A DNA stretch of 57,514 nt, the filler included, from Sluysia triapertura (lineage: Eukaryota), in the NCBI GenBank assembly GCA_046118255.1. It is 4 parts of 4 records of this genome, joined end to end, with 100 filler letters (N's around TTAATTAATTAA, not from the genome) between each part and the next. Parts side by side here need not be neighbours in the genome. Positions count along the whole stretch, not along the records: positions 33,808 to 44,698 come from JBJNIA010191929.1; positions 44,799 to 57,514 come from JBJNIA010076161.1; 2 more parts are not named here. The stretch is one strand, 5' to 3'. Shown one piece after another: positions 39,142 through 51,964 of the stretch. The notes below the pieces were generated by a model that did no database searches, was not told the DNA's origin, and saw only the letters and a program-made list of their open reading frames with translations. Both the position numbers and the translations under genes were made by a program. How positions within the stretch are numbered: the stretch's first letter is position 1; each line of letters starts with the position of its first letter.

Positions 39142-39803
39142 ACTATTTATTATTATTTATTATCATTTGTTATATTATTAAGTATATCATCAATTATTTA
39201 TTAATTATATTAACAATTATTATCTATTGATTTCATTAATTATATTATGATTATTATCAAAATTATTATATTGAATCTAGACATGACAGAGATGGTCTAA
39301 GCAGTTTTGAAATATTTTTATGACCCAAACCTTAAGAACTTTAATAATAGCTTATAAGAATTTATCATTGGTTAAATTCAAATAAATGTTTGAGTTAAAT
39401 CCCAGCAAGTCAATTTTAATATGTATAATAAGTTATTCATACCAGAATGTGATTCGTTCATGAGCAAAGAATGTTTAAACAAAAAAGAATGATACTAAAT
39501 TTCATATCTGTAAAATGGCACAAAAAAAGTAAATTGAATTTGAATTTTTTCAAAATTTTCTTACAATCCATACTTAGTTCTACATGTTTATTATTTTTTG
39601 ATTTGAAGCTTTTTTAGGTCAAGATTGAAAAAAGGTGCAGAAAATATTTTCAATAATAATAATCATCAATAATATAAATCAATTCATATCTGCAATAAAT
39701 AAAATGTATATATTGATATCACTAAAATTATAAAATTTTGAATATATATTTTGTACTAAATCTTATTTTTTTAAATGCGTACCACACTTCTAGATCATTT
39801 ACT

Positions 39804-40352
39804 TTAAAAGAAATAGTTTACTCTTTTATTTTTTTCATGCCTATTACGTGAAAATAAATTATTTAAAACATAACTAACATTTGATTTACTGATTTGGTCA
39901 GGTATGTACCTCATTTGATTCCAAATTCGATCATTGGATGTTTGATTGGTTTGAAAAGGAAACAAAGCAAACTCAATTTCATTTCCCAGTAAATCTCGTG
40001 AATTTTCCGGCAATTTAAATGGACCTTGTCTCAAAAACAGAGTATTATTGATGATACCTTTTAGGTGACTATGACGTTTTCCAGTAACAATACGCAAGTT
40101 TTGTGCTTTTAATAAATTCATGTTATTGTCGAAATCAGCTTGATGTTTAAATAATATTTCTGGTTCATTAACAAAACCGTTTGAAGATTTTGAATTGGTA
40201 TTAGATCGTGGTAAAAACAAATGATTTATGTCTTCCACTTTCAAACGCATGATTATTAAATAAAATAAATTATAGACAAATAAAATTACAAATAAAATCA
40301 CTAAATATTTTATTATTTGCGTTTTATTACGCTTGGGTAACGTTACTGGCAT
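39804..40352 (-). CDS. Type II membrane glycosyltransferase N-terminus resembling invertebrate alpha-1,3-fucosyltransferase (GT10, FucTA-like); catalytic domain not found
   Basis: Short basic tail, one hydrophobic span (YLVILFVILFVYNLFYLII), stem, then LFPFQ...NDRIWNQMRYIP, resembling the FucTA LFPxQxxxDRIxNQLMYxP motif. Candidate 38-nt GT-AG intron at 39878-39841, after which the frame closes. Confidence 0.55.
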   Translation of the reverse strand: MPVTLPKRNKTQIIKYLVILFVILFVYNLFYLIIMRLKVEDINHLFLPRSNTNSKSSNGFVNEPEILFKHQADFDNNMNLLKAQNLRIVTGKRHSHLKGIINNTLFLRQGPFKLPENSRDLLGNEIEFALFPFQTNQTSNDRIWNQMRYIPDQISKSNVSYVLNNLFSRNRHEKNKRVNYFF

Positions 40353-40656
40353 CAAGATAAGCTTATCTTAGTAAAGCAAACATGGATACAAAATATGTTA
40401 TGGCAAAATGTCAAGGCACTTGGATACAGAACAATGACTTAAAACATATTTTATTAAAATTAAAAGATTTACTGTTATTTTATAATGAAATTGGCAAATT
40501 AAAACAAATTATTAATAAATATGAAGTTAAAATATTATCATTTATATAATCAGTAGTATAATATTTTTCAAAACAACAAATTTGCAATATTTTTTTAATC
40601 ATGATAAATACATTTCACATATAGTATTAGTAAAATTTAAAAATCGATTTTGAAAT

Positions 40657-41409
40657 ATGGTCGTAAAAATCAAAAGAATATTAAAAGCTGCAAATAAAGA
40701 TTATAAAAAGTATCGCACAGAAGCAAAAAATATCATTAAAACAGATCCTAGTTACGTTTTATATTTACTAAGATATTTTTATAAATGGATTTCAGAAAAC
40801 GATGATTCAATGAAGGCAACATTTTCTATGTTAAGACTTAGTTTCATTATTGATGACGATTTTCGAAAAGCTATGACAGATTTAAATGCAATTATTAGTA
40901 AAACTCAGATAGAAATTATATGGTTATTATTAGATGTTAATTCTGAAGGAAAAATCGCAGTAAATAACATTTTTGAAAATATTAGGAGGTTAATCAAATT
41001 ATATAGTCCTAAAAGAGTTAAACTACAAGAAGTTTCATATAATTATTCAGTTGCTGATATCACTGATCTTGAATCAAAACCAACAGAATTTGATGGATAT
41101 TTTGAAGTAACGACAAAAATAATTCCTTACGCATCCATGGAGCAACATCATTGGCATTTTAAGTTTATATTGGGTCAGGATGTGGCTTTCAAAATCATTA
41201 AAAATATGATATTAGATAAACTTGAATATACAACTTTATTATTAAATATTTATATAGGTGAAAATATCAGAAGTCCAATAGAAGTTTTTTATTCTAGAAC
41301 TTTGAAAGATTATTGTGGTTTAGGGACTTCTTTAACATTTCCAAAACCAGTATTATTTTATTATGATTTTGGAGTAGGATTTGTTGACGATAGTATATTA
41401 ATGAATTAA
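40657..41409 (+). CDS. 250-aa uncharacterised protein with a degenerate EF-hand pair and a possible ubiquitin-like C-terminal domain
   Basis: Longest uninterrupted ORF in the window, with a normal amino-acid mix. DDFRKAMTDLNAIISKTQIEIIWLLLDVNSEGKI is EF-hand-like. RTLKDYC...VLFYYDF is reminiscent of ubiquitin-fold C-termini. Confidence 0.78.
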   Translation: MVVKIKRILKAANKDYKKYRTEAKNIIKTDPSYVLYLLRYFYKWISENDDSMKATFSMLRLSFIIDDDFRKAMTDLNAIISKTQIEIIWLLLDVNSEGKIAVNNIFENIRRLIKLYSPKRVKLQEVSYNYSVADITDLESKPTEFDGYFEVTTKIIPYASMEQHHWHFKFILGQDVAFKIIKNMILDKLEYTTLLLNIYIGENIRSPIEVFYSRTLKDYCGLGTSLTFPKPVLFYYDFGVGFVDDSILMN

Positions 41410-43451
41410 GCTGAATATTTTTATTATAATTATATATATTTATCAACACAAAATTCTGATTTAATAGTTTTGCTAATTAAATACAATCTGTTCATGCAAG
41501 AATCAGTAATTTTCATAGGCAAAAACATCTTAAAAATTCTTGTATTTCAGTGTGAATAATTTTTATAAAATACTAATATGAAATCATGATATTAAATATC
41601 TGATCATTTTCTGATTAAATACATGCGATCGTTATCTTACAGAATGCATTAAGTGTTCAAAATTTTAAAAGGATGTATTGAAGATGAGGTACATTATCAT
41701 TTTGAAATCTCAAATCTAAAATATATTGCAATAACAATATTCTTTAATAAGCCGCCCAATGAAAAATAAAAATTTTAATTTTAATTTCGTACTTCATATC
41801 TGTTTATACTGATCACTTTTACTTACATTTTGCCTGTTTTATTTGTTTTCATGCTTTGGATTTTGTTGAATTTTGCACTTAAAAAGTTTATTTTGTATTT
41901 CAAGATAATTTTATTCTGCACTTATCAAAATTTTCTTTTTTATTTATAATTAATATTAAGTTATCTGTTTAAAATCGGCATATTCATTTTGATAATATTT
42001 TAATTTTAATTGTTTTGTCTTTATTGGTTTTACATATTGAAGGAAAATTAATCAAATGTTAAAGTACGAAAATGTTTTTCTTAACTTACACTTGCGAGTG
42101 TAATTTCTTGAATTACATAAAATAAATATTGGGTTCACCTGTAATTGATGACCTAATCCCTCTCGAAGGCAGCTCTATGGTGTTAGGTTGTCATCACAAC
42201 CCTACAAAATAATTTAAAAATGACAAAAATTAATTAAAATCATGTAAGACGCTTTAAAGCTATTTATTAATCGGAAAAAATTATTTTCCAGAAAAATTAG
42301 CTTCTCAAAATACAATAAAAGCTTATATAATGTTCTAGAACATTCCACCGATTTTCATTGGCTGATGACTAGTACATAAACTATCATCAAAATAATGAAA
42401 ATCACCATTTTGGAAAAAAACAATTTTTCTTCAATTTCCTTCAGTTTACTGCGTGACTCGAGAAATTTAAAATCTTAGTAAACGTTCACAATTTACAGTC
42501 ATTCATCTATTTGGAGATTATCCTCTGGGCAACATTAATTCAATTTTTGGTAATTTATATATTTGTAAGGGCAATTTCAACTTTCGAAGTTGAAATCATA
42601 AAATACAGGCAAATTTTATATTAATTTGTAAAGTTTTTTCTAATTCCCCCCTATATTGAGGTTTAAAATAAAATAAACGGTTCTTTCAATTAGAAGAGTT
42701 TATTATCGTGTAATTAATATGGGTAATTTATTTCCAAAAACACTCTTATATGTTAAAAATGATTTGATATGTCTAATTAATTGCTATCGTCTCTTAAAAA
42801 CGCTTTATTAATTATAAAAGAAAAACTAATTTTATGGTTGAAACTATGTAGGTTGTTTTATTAATTTTACAAAAATCCAATTTAAACGAATTTCTTTAAA
42901 ATGTTAATCAAATATCTATATTAAGTTACTAGATCCAAATTAAAACGATATCCGACAAAATTTAAAGATTCGTTACAAACAATAATAAATGTTAACTCTG
43001 TTTATTTAAAAAATCAAAAATCTTTTAAATAAAATATTAAAATGTTAAACACGATAAAAGTTAAATAAAAATGATAATAATACGTAACAATAATTAATTT
43101 ACAATGATTATTAAATTTATTAATAATATGTACTCTAATATTTTTGTAAATATTTTAAAAGTGACTATGTTACAAAGTTATAAAAATTCTATTAAAATGA
43201 CCTTGAATAAATTCCCTTCCTTAACAATTAAAAACTAATGATTAAATATCGAAAAAGCCTTAAATTAAAGTTTGTATCAATCTTTTGTTTCCATTCCGAA
43301 CGATGATTCAAATCACTATAAATTTAAAAATTGTCGAATAAAAAGATCGTCTATAAGTGTTCTGTTGTTATTTGCAAATGCATGTATACTAGTGTTCGGA
43401 TAAAAAGGCCTAAAGTGCCATTTGGTAAAATTGACTATAATAAAATAAAAT

Positions 43452-43536
43452 CGTTAGAAGGGGCTGATAGCAATCGAACTGCGCAGCGATGGTCCCGGGT
43501 TCGATCCCCCGTCAGTCCATTTTACGAAGTCTAACA
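43452..43536 (+). ncRNA. Uninterrupted tRNA-Ala-like unit lacking a D arm (empty RLE target)
   Basis: Acceptor stem GGGCTGA (43461-67)/TCAGTCC (43512-18) with G3:U70 and A73. T arm with GGTTCGATCC, then TTTT. Only TAGCA lies between the acceptor strand and the anticodon-like arm. Bounded by GTTAGA...TCTAAC. Confidence 0.72.
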
Positions 43537-44698
43537 TTTTCATCGATTTTCATTGGGTGATGACTAGTACAAAACTAACATCAATACAATGAAAATTGCC
43601 ATTTGCATATCGCTTCTTGGATATTTACGGACAATATTCAATTCTACGCTTCAAGTCATTTGTTTTTTGATAAGTAGATATGTTTCACATAAGGAAATTA
43701 ATATCATAAAATCCACTTAAACTAATATTTTATTTAGTGAAGTGTAAGGTTTCCTGATATATTGAGGGGTAAAATACAGAGTAAGATTTTAGATTTAAAG
43801 TTAAATGCAGCCTACAGTTTTAACTTTAATATATTTTAATTGAATTCTACTTTTGATTCTAACATTTTCTTGTATCATAAGTGTTTTTGTATTATTTAAC
43901 TATTGTACTAAATATATTAAACTTTTTCTTAATTGAACGTTTTTTATTTCATTTACTGTGCAATAATTTGAATCCCAATTTTACTGAGTTTTTAGATCCT
44001 CTACTATTAAAATCGTTAAATAAAGTTACTTCTTTTAGGTAATCTTCTAACTTATTAGTTACAGAAAGGCCCTCTTTACGAAATAAGACATTAATTAATT
44101 AAAAATAATTAGCAAACTGAAAAAGAAAATGGCTTCATTAGCACAACAAAATTGAATTAAAAAAGTTAAAAATAGGAAAGTAAAGCTCAATAAAAATTGG
44201 CTAAAAATTTCCAGAGAAATTATTAGTAAAAGTTATAGAATTAAAAATTAAACACAAATAGAGAGTAGAAAACCAGATTCAATAGTCACAATTAGTATCT
44301 TGGTCAAAAATAATCTTCAGTAATGCTAACTCAATTTTTACAATCATATTCCATAGTCACAATTCGTATCGTAGTCAAAAAGAATCTTTAGTCATGCGAA
44401 ATAAAACTTTAAGAGTAAATTATGCAGCTATCAGTAAGAAACGAACCTTTAAATTAAACGCTACCATTCTTGAACTCAGAGAAGTTGATACTAAGCTAGT
44501 CGTAAGTGATCACAACTACAATCTAGTAATCTTCAACTAAATGCAAGTGAACATCAAGTCGCTCATGAAAAAAATTGATGTAAACCTAGTTATTGTTGCG
44601 TCTTTGATCCTTGCTAAATATTAAGCTCACTATTAAAGTCCTATTTAGTTAAAATCTTACTAGTTTCAATAGTTAGTATACTGAATTTAATTTTATTA

Positions 44699-44798
44699 NN
44701 NNNNNNNNNNNNNNNNNNNNNNNNNNNNNNNNNNNNNNNNNNTTAATTAATTAANNNNNNNNNNNNNNNNNNNNNNNNNNNNNNNNNNNNNNNNNNNN
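44699..44798. other. Artificial contig linker
   Basis: N44-TTAATTAATTAA-N44. Confidence 0.97.
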
Positions 44799-47700
44799 GA
44801 TTAATAATAGTAATAATAATAATGATAATAATAAGACCCAGACTTCAAATTTCTGAACACATTAATATTTCAGAACCAATTATTTAGAATATCATTAATT
44901 ATTGGTATAACTACTAAGTCCTTCTTTTGAATTTACTGTGCGTTTATCTCAGTAACCATAGAAATTTCGACAAATAAAATAGAAAAATATTACACTGAAT
45001 ATTTATTGAAAATTTCTACAAAAAATATAAATTTAAATGAAAGCCAATGAAAACAACTTTCCATACAAATTTGGATAAAAAGATGTAAAACTTATTTATT
45101 TAATAAAAATATTATTTTCCGATCATTCAAACAAACAAACAAACATCTCCAAACAAACAAAATCATCATCAAATCAAATCAAATCAAACTAATTCGAATG
45201 TGCATGATTATATTCGACTCATTCAAAAATAGAAAGAAATTAGAGTAACTGTATAATAAAATTCATACTAATCAACAGGAACTATTTTTGCCATAATTGT
45301 TATTGTTTTGAATACTTTCGTAGATCACGTGATTTTAGTGGTTGTATAATAATTATTTTAAAGTTACATAATACTTTCACATAATAAATTCTTAGAACCT
45401 TGGACACTGCAAATTATGCCGATTGTTTCTGTGTGTAAATTATGAAAATGTATTTATTCTATAATCCGCGACCTGTACATTTTAAATTGGATTCAAATTT
45501 GCCATTTTTAAAGTATATTTTTACATTTAAATTTCAACTTACGAATTACGACTTAGCAGCAGAACAGGAAAACAGACATACGAAAATATAAATGAATAAA
45601 TTTGTTTAAATTAAAATAACGAAGTACTACTTCTGATATCTGATAACTAATTATCACCCAACTAATTACCTGATAACTAATTATTGCCCAACTATATATA
45701 GTAATTTGTTTGAATATTATTGGTCGTTTCAAAATCTGTTTTATGTCCAATCCATGTGCAATATTTAATTTCTATTATTAAAATGAATATTACAGAGTTG
45801 TATTAATTAAGAAAGCATCCTATCATAAATGAAAGAAATTTACTGTTGGTCCACAGGATTCAGAAGATAATATTCTTAAAGAAGTTGGAGGTCAAATATG
45901 ATTTCTCAAATGCAAAGTAAATTATGTTATTGCATCTGTGTTTAAATATAATTCAATAATTTATCATGTGATTATAAAAGAAATTTATTCCTCTGCTTAA
46001 ATGTGAATTTAAAAGTCTAAAAAAGTTTAAGGGCATATCAATAACTTAAATAACACGAACTTAATATTTTTATTAAATTTTTTTAAGAAACGTTGGAATT
46101 TATGTCACTGTTTAAAATGACTAAAACCTAATATAAATAATGATTATCGTTTATTTTTCTTAATATATGACAATCGAAATGTTTGTTGTGAATTGCATGT
46201 TATTTTATTTATGAAGATCTAACTTCTCTCGTGCTTATTACTTTTTCTGCTTTGAAGAACCAATCCTTCACTATCACTGATATTTTTAGTCTGTGTTACT
46301 TTATAGGCAAGTCAAGAAAAACCACCTCTAAGTTCCTTAAATTTTATTAATACTAACAGTTTATATATATAAAAAATATTAATATATAAAGTGAATACTT
46401 TAGTTTATCGATAATCAGGGATAAAAACTCTTCCAATATTTTATTTCATTTGATTAAAACTTAATGAATAAATTATAATTTTAAGAAATGATTTTATCAC
46501 TATCGTATTAAGATAGCACAAAGATTTGATTATTTTAAGTACAATTTTATAGAGAAAAGATCCTATATAATTAAAACTTAAGAATCAAGTGAACAAGTTT
46601 ATGTCACGGTTCGATAACTCTGACAGACTGAGTTGGATTAATTGGCGTCCAGAATTTTCAAATCTATCAGAATCACTAGCAACAAATTTTTTTACTTCTT
46701 CGTTCTTTAATACACACAAAAATGTAATCAAATATTTATTATGTTATTTTTATACTTTATATTATATTATTTTGATTTTATTATTAGTATTATAGCACAT
46801 TTGGATCTTTCACATTTTTGACCGCAATTAAATTATAAAATGGTATTTTTATGCTGATTTTAATACAGTTACTATTTTCATGAAAAACAAAATTGAATTT
46901 AATCAATTTTAATTATAAATTCAACCTTCAATTTGTTTTAACTAATTAAAATTTCAAATTAATTTCATAAATAATAACATTTTACTTAAAATTAAATAAA
47001 ACTAAGAAAGTCGAAAATTTTTAAATTTAAAAATTAAAAACCGAAATAATTAATATATAAATTGCAAATATTTTTACGAATTGTTTTACAAATGCGCATA
47101 CATTACGAAAGTCCTGAATATCTTTTAGAAATAATAAAAAATTTGGAAACCTAGATGAATATTTCACTGACATAATAATCTATACAGAATCCACAGTGAT
47201 AATAAGCTAGGTGATTTTGTTTAAAGAAATTTATTGAATTTCAGTTCTCTAATTCCCAACTGATGGAAAATGTTTTGCAGAATACATGGCACTTCTAATG
47301 GCAATACAACTTTATTTGCAAAATGCTTTAATTTTATTCTTTGAGTGGACTATTTCAGTGGCATAATTTGAGACAAATGCAGTGGATCTCCGTATAATGC
47401 GACAGTTAGATACTGTGTTACAAGAATTGCAACTGAATACAAAGCGAACATAAACATACAAACATAGAACAATAAAAATAGTTTAATAGTTTAATTCGGG
47501 CATTCGCTGTATTTAAATATTCACAATAATATCAAATTATGGCTGATACTCGAAATAGGAACGTCGACTTAGATTCATTCAGATCAACTGGTATCAATAG
47601 AAGTGACCTTTTTCTGAAACTTCGAGTAATTCTACTAAATTACAGAAAGGTATGTAACATTTTTCCAGCCGTTTTACATCTACAATAGAAATACAGTTTT

Positions 47701-49063
47701 CCAAACTAACAATTGAACTTTTACATCACATGAAAATACGCAATTCGACGGCCTCATTAAAATAACCATCGAGATTTTGAAATAATTTATATACTCTTTC
47801 TTAAACTATTTTATGACCGAATGTTATTATCACATACTACTACTTTGTTAGTGTGCTTGTGTGGTTGACGTCAGAATTTCAATTCAGTTTTAATAACTTT
47901 ACAACAGTTTAGAACGCACAACTGTATCTGATACATAACTAATTTTCACTTTGATATCAGTGAAATTAGTAAAACAAGCGCAATAAAAGTTTATCTGGTA
48001 CATTAAGAAGTATATTAGTAGAATATATTTCCGATAAATTCTACAAATAACTAAACACTTTACTAAATTAATTTATTACTAAATTTCTAAAGGTTTTTAA
48101 CATGTTCTTTAACTTTGTGTCAGCTTCCTCATCTACTCCCTATTTATTTAAAATAGCATTTTTAAAACTTTAAATATCAATTTAATAATTTCAAAATTTT
48201 CTATAGTTAAAATTGTTACATATTCTCTAAACACATCAGTCACAATTTCATGAATGGTATAATCACTAGTAGTAGCCTTCAAATTTGAAAACGTTCCAAT
48301 GTTTCTTTGTCGTTTTCACCATTGTGAACTTAAATCTGAAAAGCAAGTTTCATAAACTTATTTACATGCCCTTCTTCAACGGCATCAAAGATATTTCAAA
48401 TAATTTTTGTATAAATTAATATTTTTATTAAATATGATAGAATAATAAATAATTGTTCGTAAAAACAGAAAAATTATACTACTGGCAATAGTAACTGTAG
48501 TAGAAATAACTGTAACAATTATGATTATAATTATGAAATTATTGTGAATTTAAGGTTTTTAGGAACTCGATGAATTCTTGCGAGTATATAATCAAATAAA
48601 TTAATCAATATTTAAAGTTTATGAAAAGATTAACGAAGGTTACGATGTGTTGGTTCAGTATACTAAATTTTATTCGCTATCAAATCATTCAACTTTCAAT
48701 CATCTATTCGATTTACTTTTCAAACATCGTCATTATCTTTTCTTCAAAAGATTGTTTCACAAAGTACAAAGTACAAAATTTAAATTTTGATTTTTAGCTT
48801 AAAAAATATTAACATATTTCGTTTAAATTTAATATTTAAAATTAAATATTTTAATTCGCTTATAATCTTACGGAAACGCAGATGCATATTGACGGTTTCT
48901 AATTCTTATTCGATACTAGTAAGCTTTGAATTGTATCAACTAGAGTTGTTTATAAAAGTTATCCATCTTTAAACTATTTTGCATATTGCACAATCTCAAA
49001 ATTTGTAATAATACTGACAAAAGTAGAAAAACCAACCGCTTCGAAAAATACCACGAATGATTT

Positions 49064-49150
49064 TGTGCCCTCCGTTAATACCGCATGGACTAATGTAATC
49101 GTGTGCCCTCCGCTATTGCCACATGGACTAATGTAATCGTGTGCCCTCCG
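49064..49150 (+). repeat. 38-bp tandem repeat, ~2.3 copies
   Basis: TGTGCCCTCCG.TA.T.CC.CATGGACTAATGTAATCG twice, plus TGTGCCCTCCG. Confidence 0.9.
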
Positions 49151-49659
49151 AAGAAGGATTTTTCTTTATTAACTTAAAATAAAGAATCAAGCATACGAAA
49201 GCCTTAAATTATTTAAAACAATATCTAAATTGTCTTTCTAAAAGTATTTAAGCTCATCTATTTGAGTAAAACGAAACTAATTTTGTGTATAATGATGTAT
49301 AAAACACCACTTTAGCTCTGTCGTTGTACTTGATTCAATAATAGAAGCAAAACATGCAAATTTGTATATGTTAAAGACACAATGATACTCATTAAAGTGT
49401 TGACGTAAACGTGGAAATTACAGAGCGGTATTCATGAATTAATGCTTATGTGAGGTGTACACTGATAAATCATAAACGACGTAACTACTTATCAAGTAAT
49501 GAACATTAAAATACTTTTGTTCAGATAGGCTTATACTGACTCCTGAAGTAATCTAATATTAATTACACGATCAGCCATCGTACTTTTCATACTTTACACT
49601 TTTCATAAACTTTTAAAATAACTCAAATTAGAATAGAACATAAAACTATTTACTTCAAT

Positions 49660-50882
49660 GGGATTCCCTGTTCCTTACGTGGAACTACGTAGTGTTACTA
49701 CGCAGCAGACAGAATCAAATTGGTTCGTCACATTTCGTACAGATAACTTTGACCTCACAAATAAGCCACGCGGTCGACCCATCTCAGAGTGCTTCTGAAT
49801 TATCGTTTAAGTTTTGTGTTAGCAAACAAACCTCATTTAGCTTAAATTGTTAATATCAAATTGTAAAAAAAACTAAAGATTAATAGTATAATGCATAAAA
49901 ATTAAATAATAATTTTATAATTAATTATTATAATTATAATAATTATTATTATAATTAATTAAATAATAATTATTAAAAATTAAATTTATTAAAATTTTAT
50001 GTAAGATTTATTGTACAAAGTAATTTTATTAAAAATAAAAATAATATAAACAGATAAGCTATAAACAATAAAGGACTCGGTGTTCAACAAATATCTTCAA
50101 TAAAATAAAAGAGAACTTTATACAAATTGAATTAACGGATAAAAATCAAATTCAAAAATAACTTCAGTAGGATCTACACAGACTACAAACATGCAAAGAA
50201 TCATTGTCAATTATATTATTTACCGTTAGTTTTTATTCATATAGATTTAGTACTTTTTAAAACACACTCAAAGTCAAGGCAAATCTTTTGTATAAATTTT
50301 ATTGGAGCTTTAGTTAATCAAGTAAAATCAATTTAATATATATTCAAACTTTCTTTAAAGAATATAAATCTTTAAATAATTAATATTACAATTATTTCCA
50401 TCTTCTTATCATTGTATTTATTTGATTATTCGCTTATAAACGTATTTTAATATCAATAAATCCGCATAAAATATATCGCGCTTATTATATCCCAACTTAA
50501 AAAGGAGTCAAATGCGAGGAAATTTAATTTACATTATAAAATCATATAAAATATAATTATTACTGTTATTTCACTTCATATTTTAAAATTACTACTTTTA
50601 ACCTCATTTTACATTTAATATTAAGTGACTATTGGTTAAGCTACTAAGAATGAAATCAACCGTCTAATTTATACTATAAGAATTATTGACCTCAACATTC
50701 TTGAATTGATATTCTGTGAATAAGCCCTTACGTGCGTCAGTCTTAGATTGCAAACAAACTCAGTTAATTTTATAACTATTTATGATTTTGATGCAGTTTT
50801 CTGATTTAACAGAACTGCATCAGTAAAATGAAAAAGTTGAATATTTGGGTTCCACATAAACTGAATGAAAAACAGAAATTAG
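49660..50882 (+). mobile_element. Mariner transposase remnant in two pieces (49660-49795 and ~50687-50882)
   Basis: WFVTFRTDNFDLTNKPRGRPISE, then after ~900 bp of AT-rich DNA KMKKLNIWVPHKLNEKQK (WVPHEL motif). Confidence 0.8.
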
Positions 50883-51654
50883 GTATAACATACGATTAAT
50901 AAATAAATGTTTGTCATTTGAGTACATTAGAACGAATTTCGTTCACGAAATCATTTGCAATATCTTTAGAGTATTAAGTTGTTTCATCAGCATAAACCAA
51001 CAGTAATAACGAAAATGTGACTTTGAGGTCAGATATTTATAAAAATAAAATAATAAATTATAAAATAAAATTTTATAATAAATTGTGTGAAATAAAAGCG
51101 AAATTATAACGAAGTTAAAATATTAATGAAAATTAATTATCATATATTATGATTAATGTATTTTATAGCAGGTATAAAAGTAATAATTGTTAGTGATAAT
51201 AAAGTAGTACTAATGATAGTAGAAAAGGATAAAACAGACTGTAATAAAGGTTTTAGAAGACGTATATGTTGTGTAATAATAAATGTTAAATGTAATTTCA
51301 TAACTGTTTAGTATGTATATCTCATAGAAGTGATTAAGTGTGTAATGGCCGATATATATTGGTATTAATTTTGAAATTAAACGTTATAAACTTAATATTA
51401 AGAAAAACGGACTTAAGGTCCTTACAGATGTAACTACGTTGTAAATTAAAAACGTTTAAGAAATTATTATTATTAAATTTTGTACTATAAATCATAAATT
51501 TAAAATTATTTAAGGAATAATAACACGTAACAAAGATGTTTTCAACTTTCAGACTAAAATTATGATAAAAGTAATATATTTTAAAGTCTATAGAGTGATC
51601 ATGCATCTCCGACAGCTCAAGTTCTGTAGAAATATAAAAAAGAAAATTATTATA

Positions 51655-51964
51655 ATAACCGACAAATAAGGCCTCTGGGGCTAAGAACTTCTCTTGAACT
51701 TGGTTCATTATCTTCTTTAACGGCTAAACCACAATCTGTTATTTCAACACCACTGTTGTCATCCAGCAGGACGTTCTCTGGTCTCAAGTCGCGATTTATA
51801 ACAACTTTACAATGAATAAAAACAATGGTTTCTAATAATTGGTACATGATAGTTCTTGTACGTTTCTCAGAAAGTGTAACACAAGGATTTAAATGATCAA
51901 ACAATTCAACTTTTGAATATGATTCAAAAACTAAAAACATATACATGTCGTTCTCATAGAAGTC
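51655..51964 (-). pseudogene. PHKG: Phosphorylase kinase gamma-like kinase fragment (subdomains IV-VIII), degraded
   Basis: DFYENDMYMFLVFE...ELFDHLNPCVTLSEKRTRTIMYQLLE...INRDLRPENVLLDD...ITDCGLA, then LAPE in the next frame. ELFDxLxxxVTLSEKxTRxIM is characteristic of PHKG. HRD is NRD and DFG is DCG. Confidence 0.85.

Noticed and set aside
47539-47654. Exon-like MADTRNRNVDLDSFRSTGINRSDLFLKLRVILLNYRK followed by GT, vaguely sacsin-like
   Set aside because: No following exon or diagnostic ELIQNAxDA motif found.
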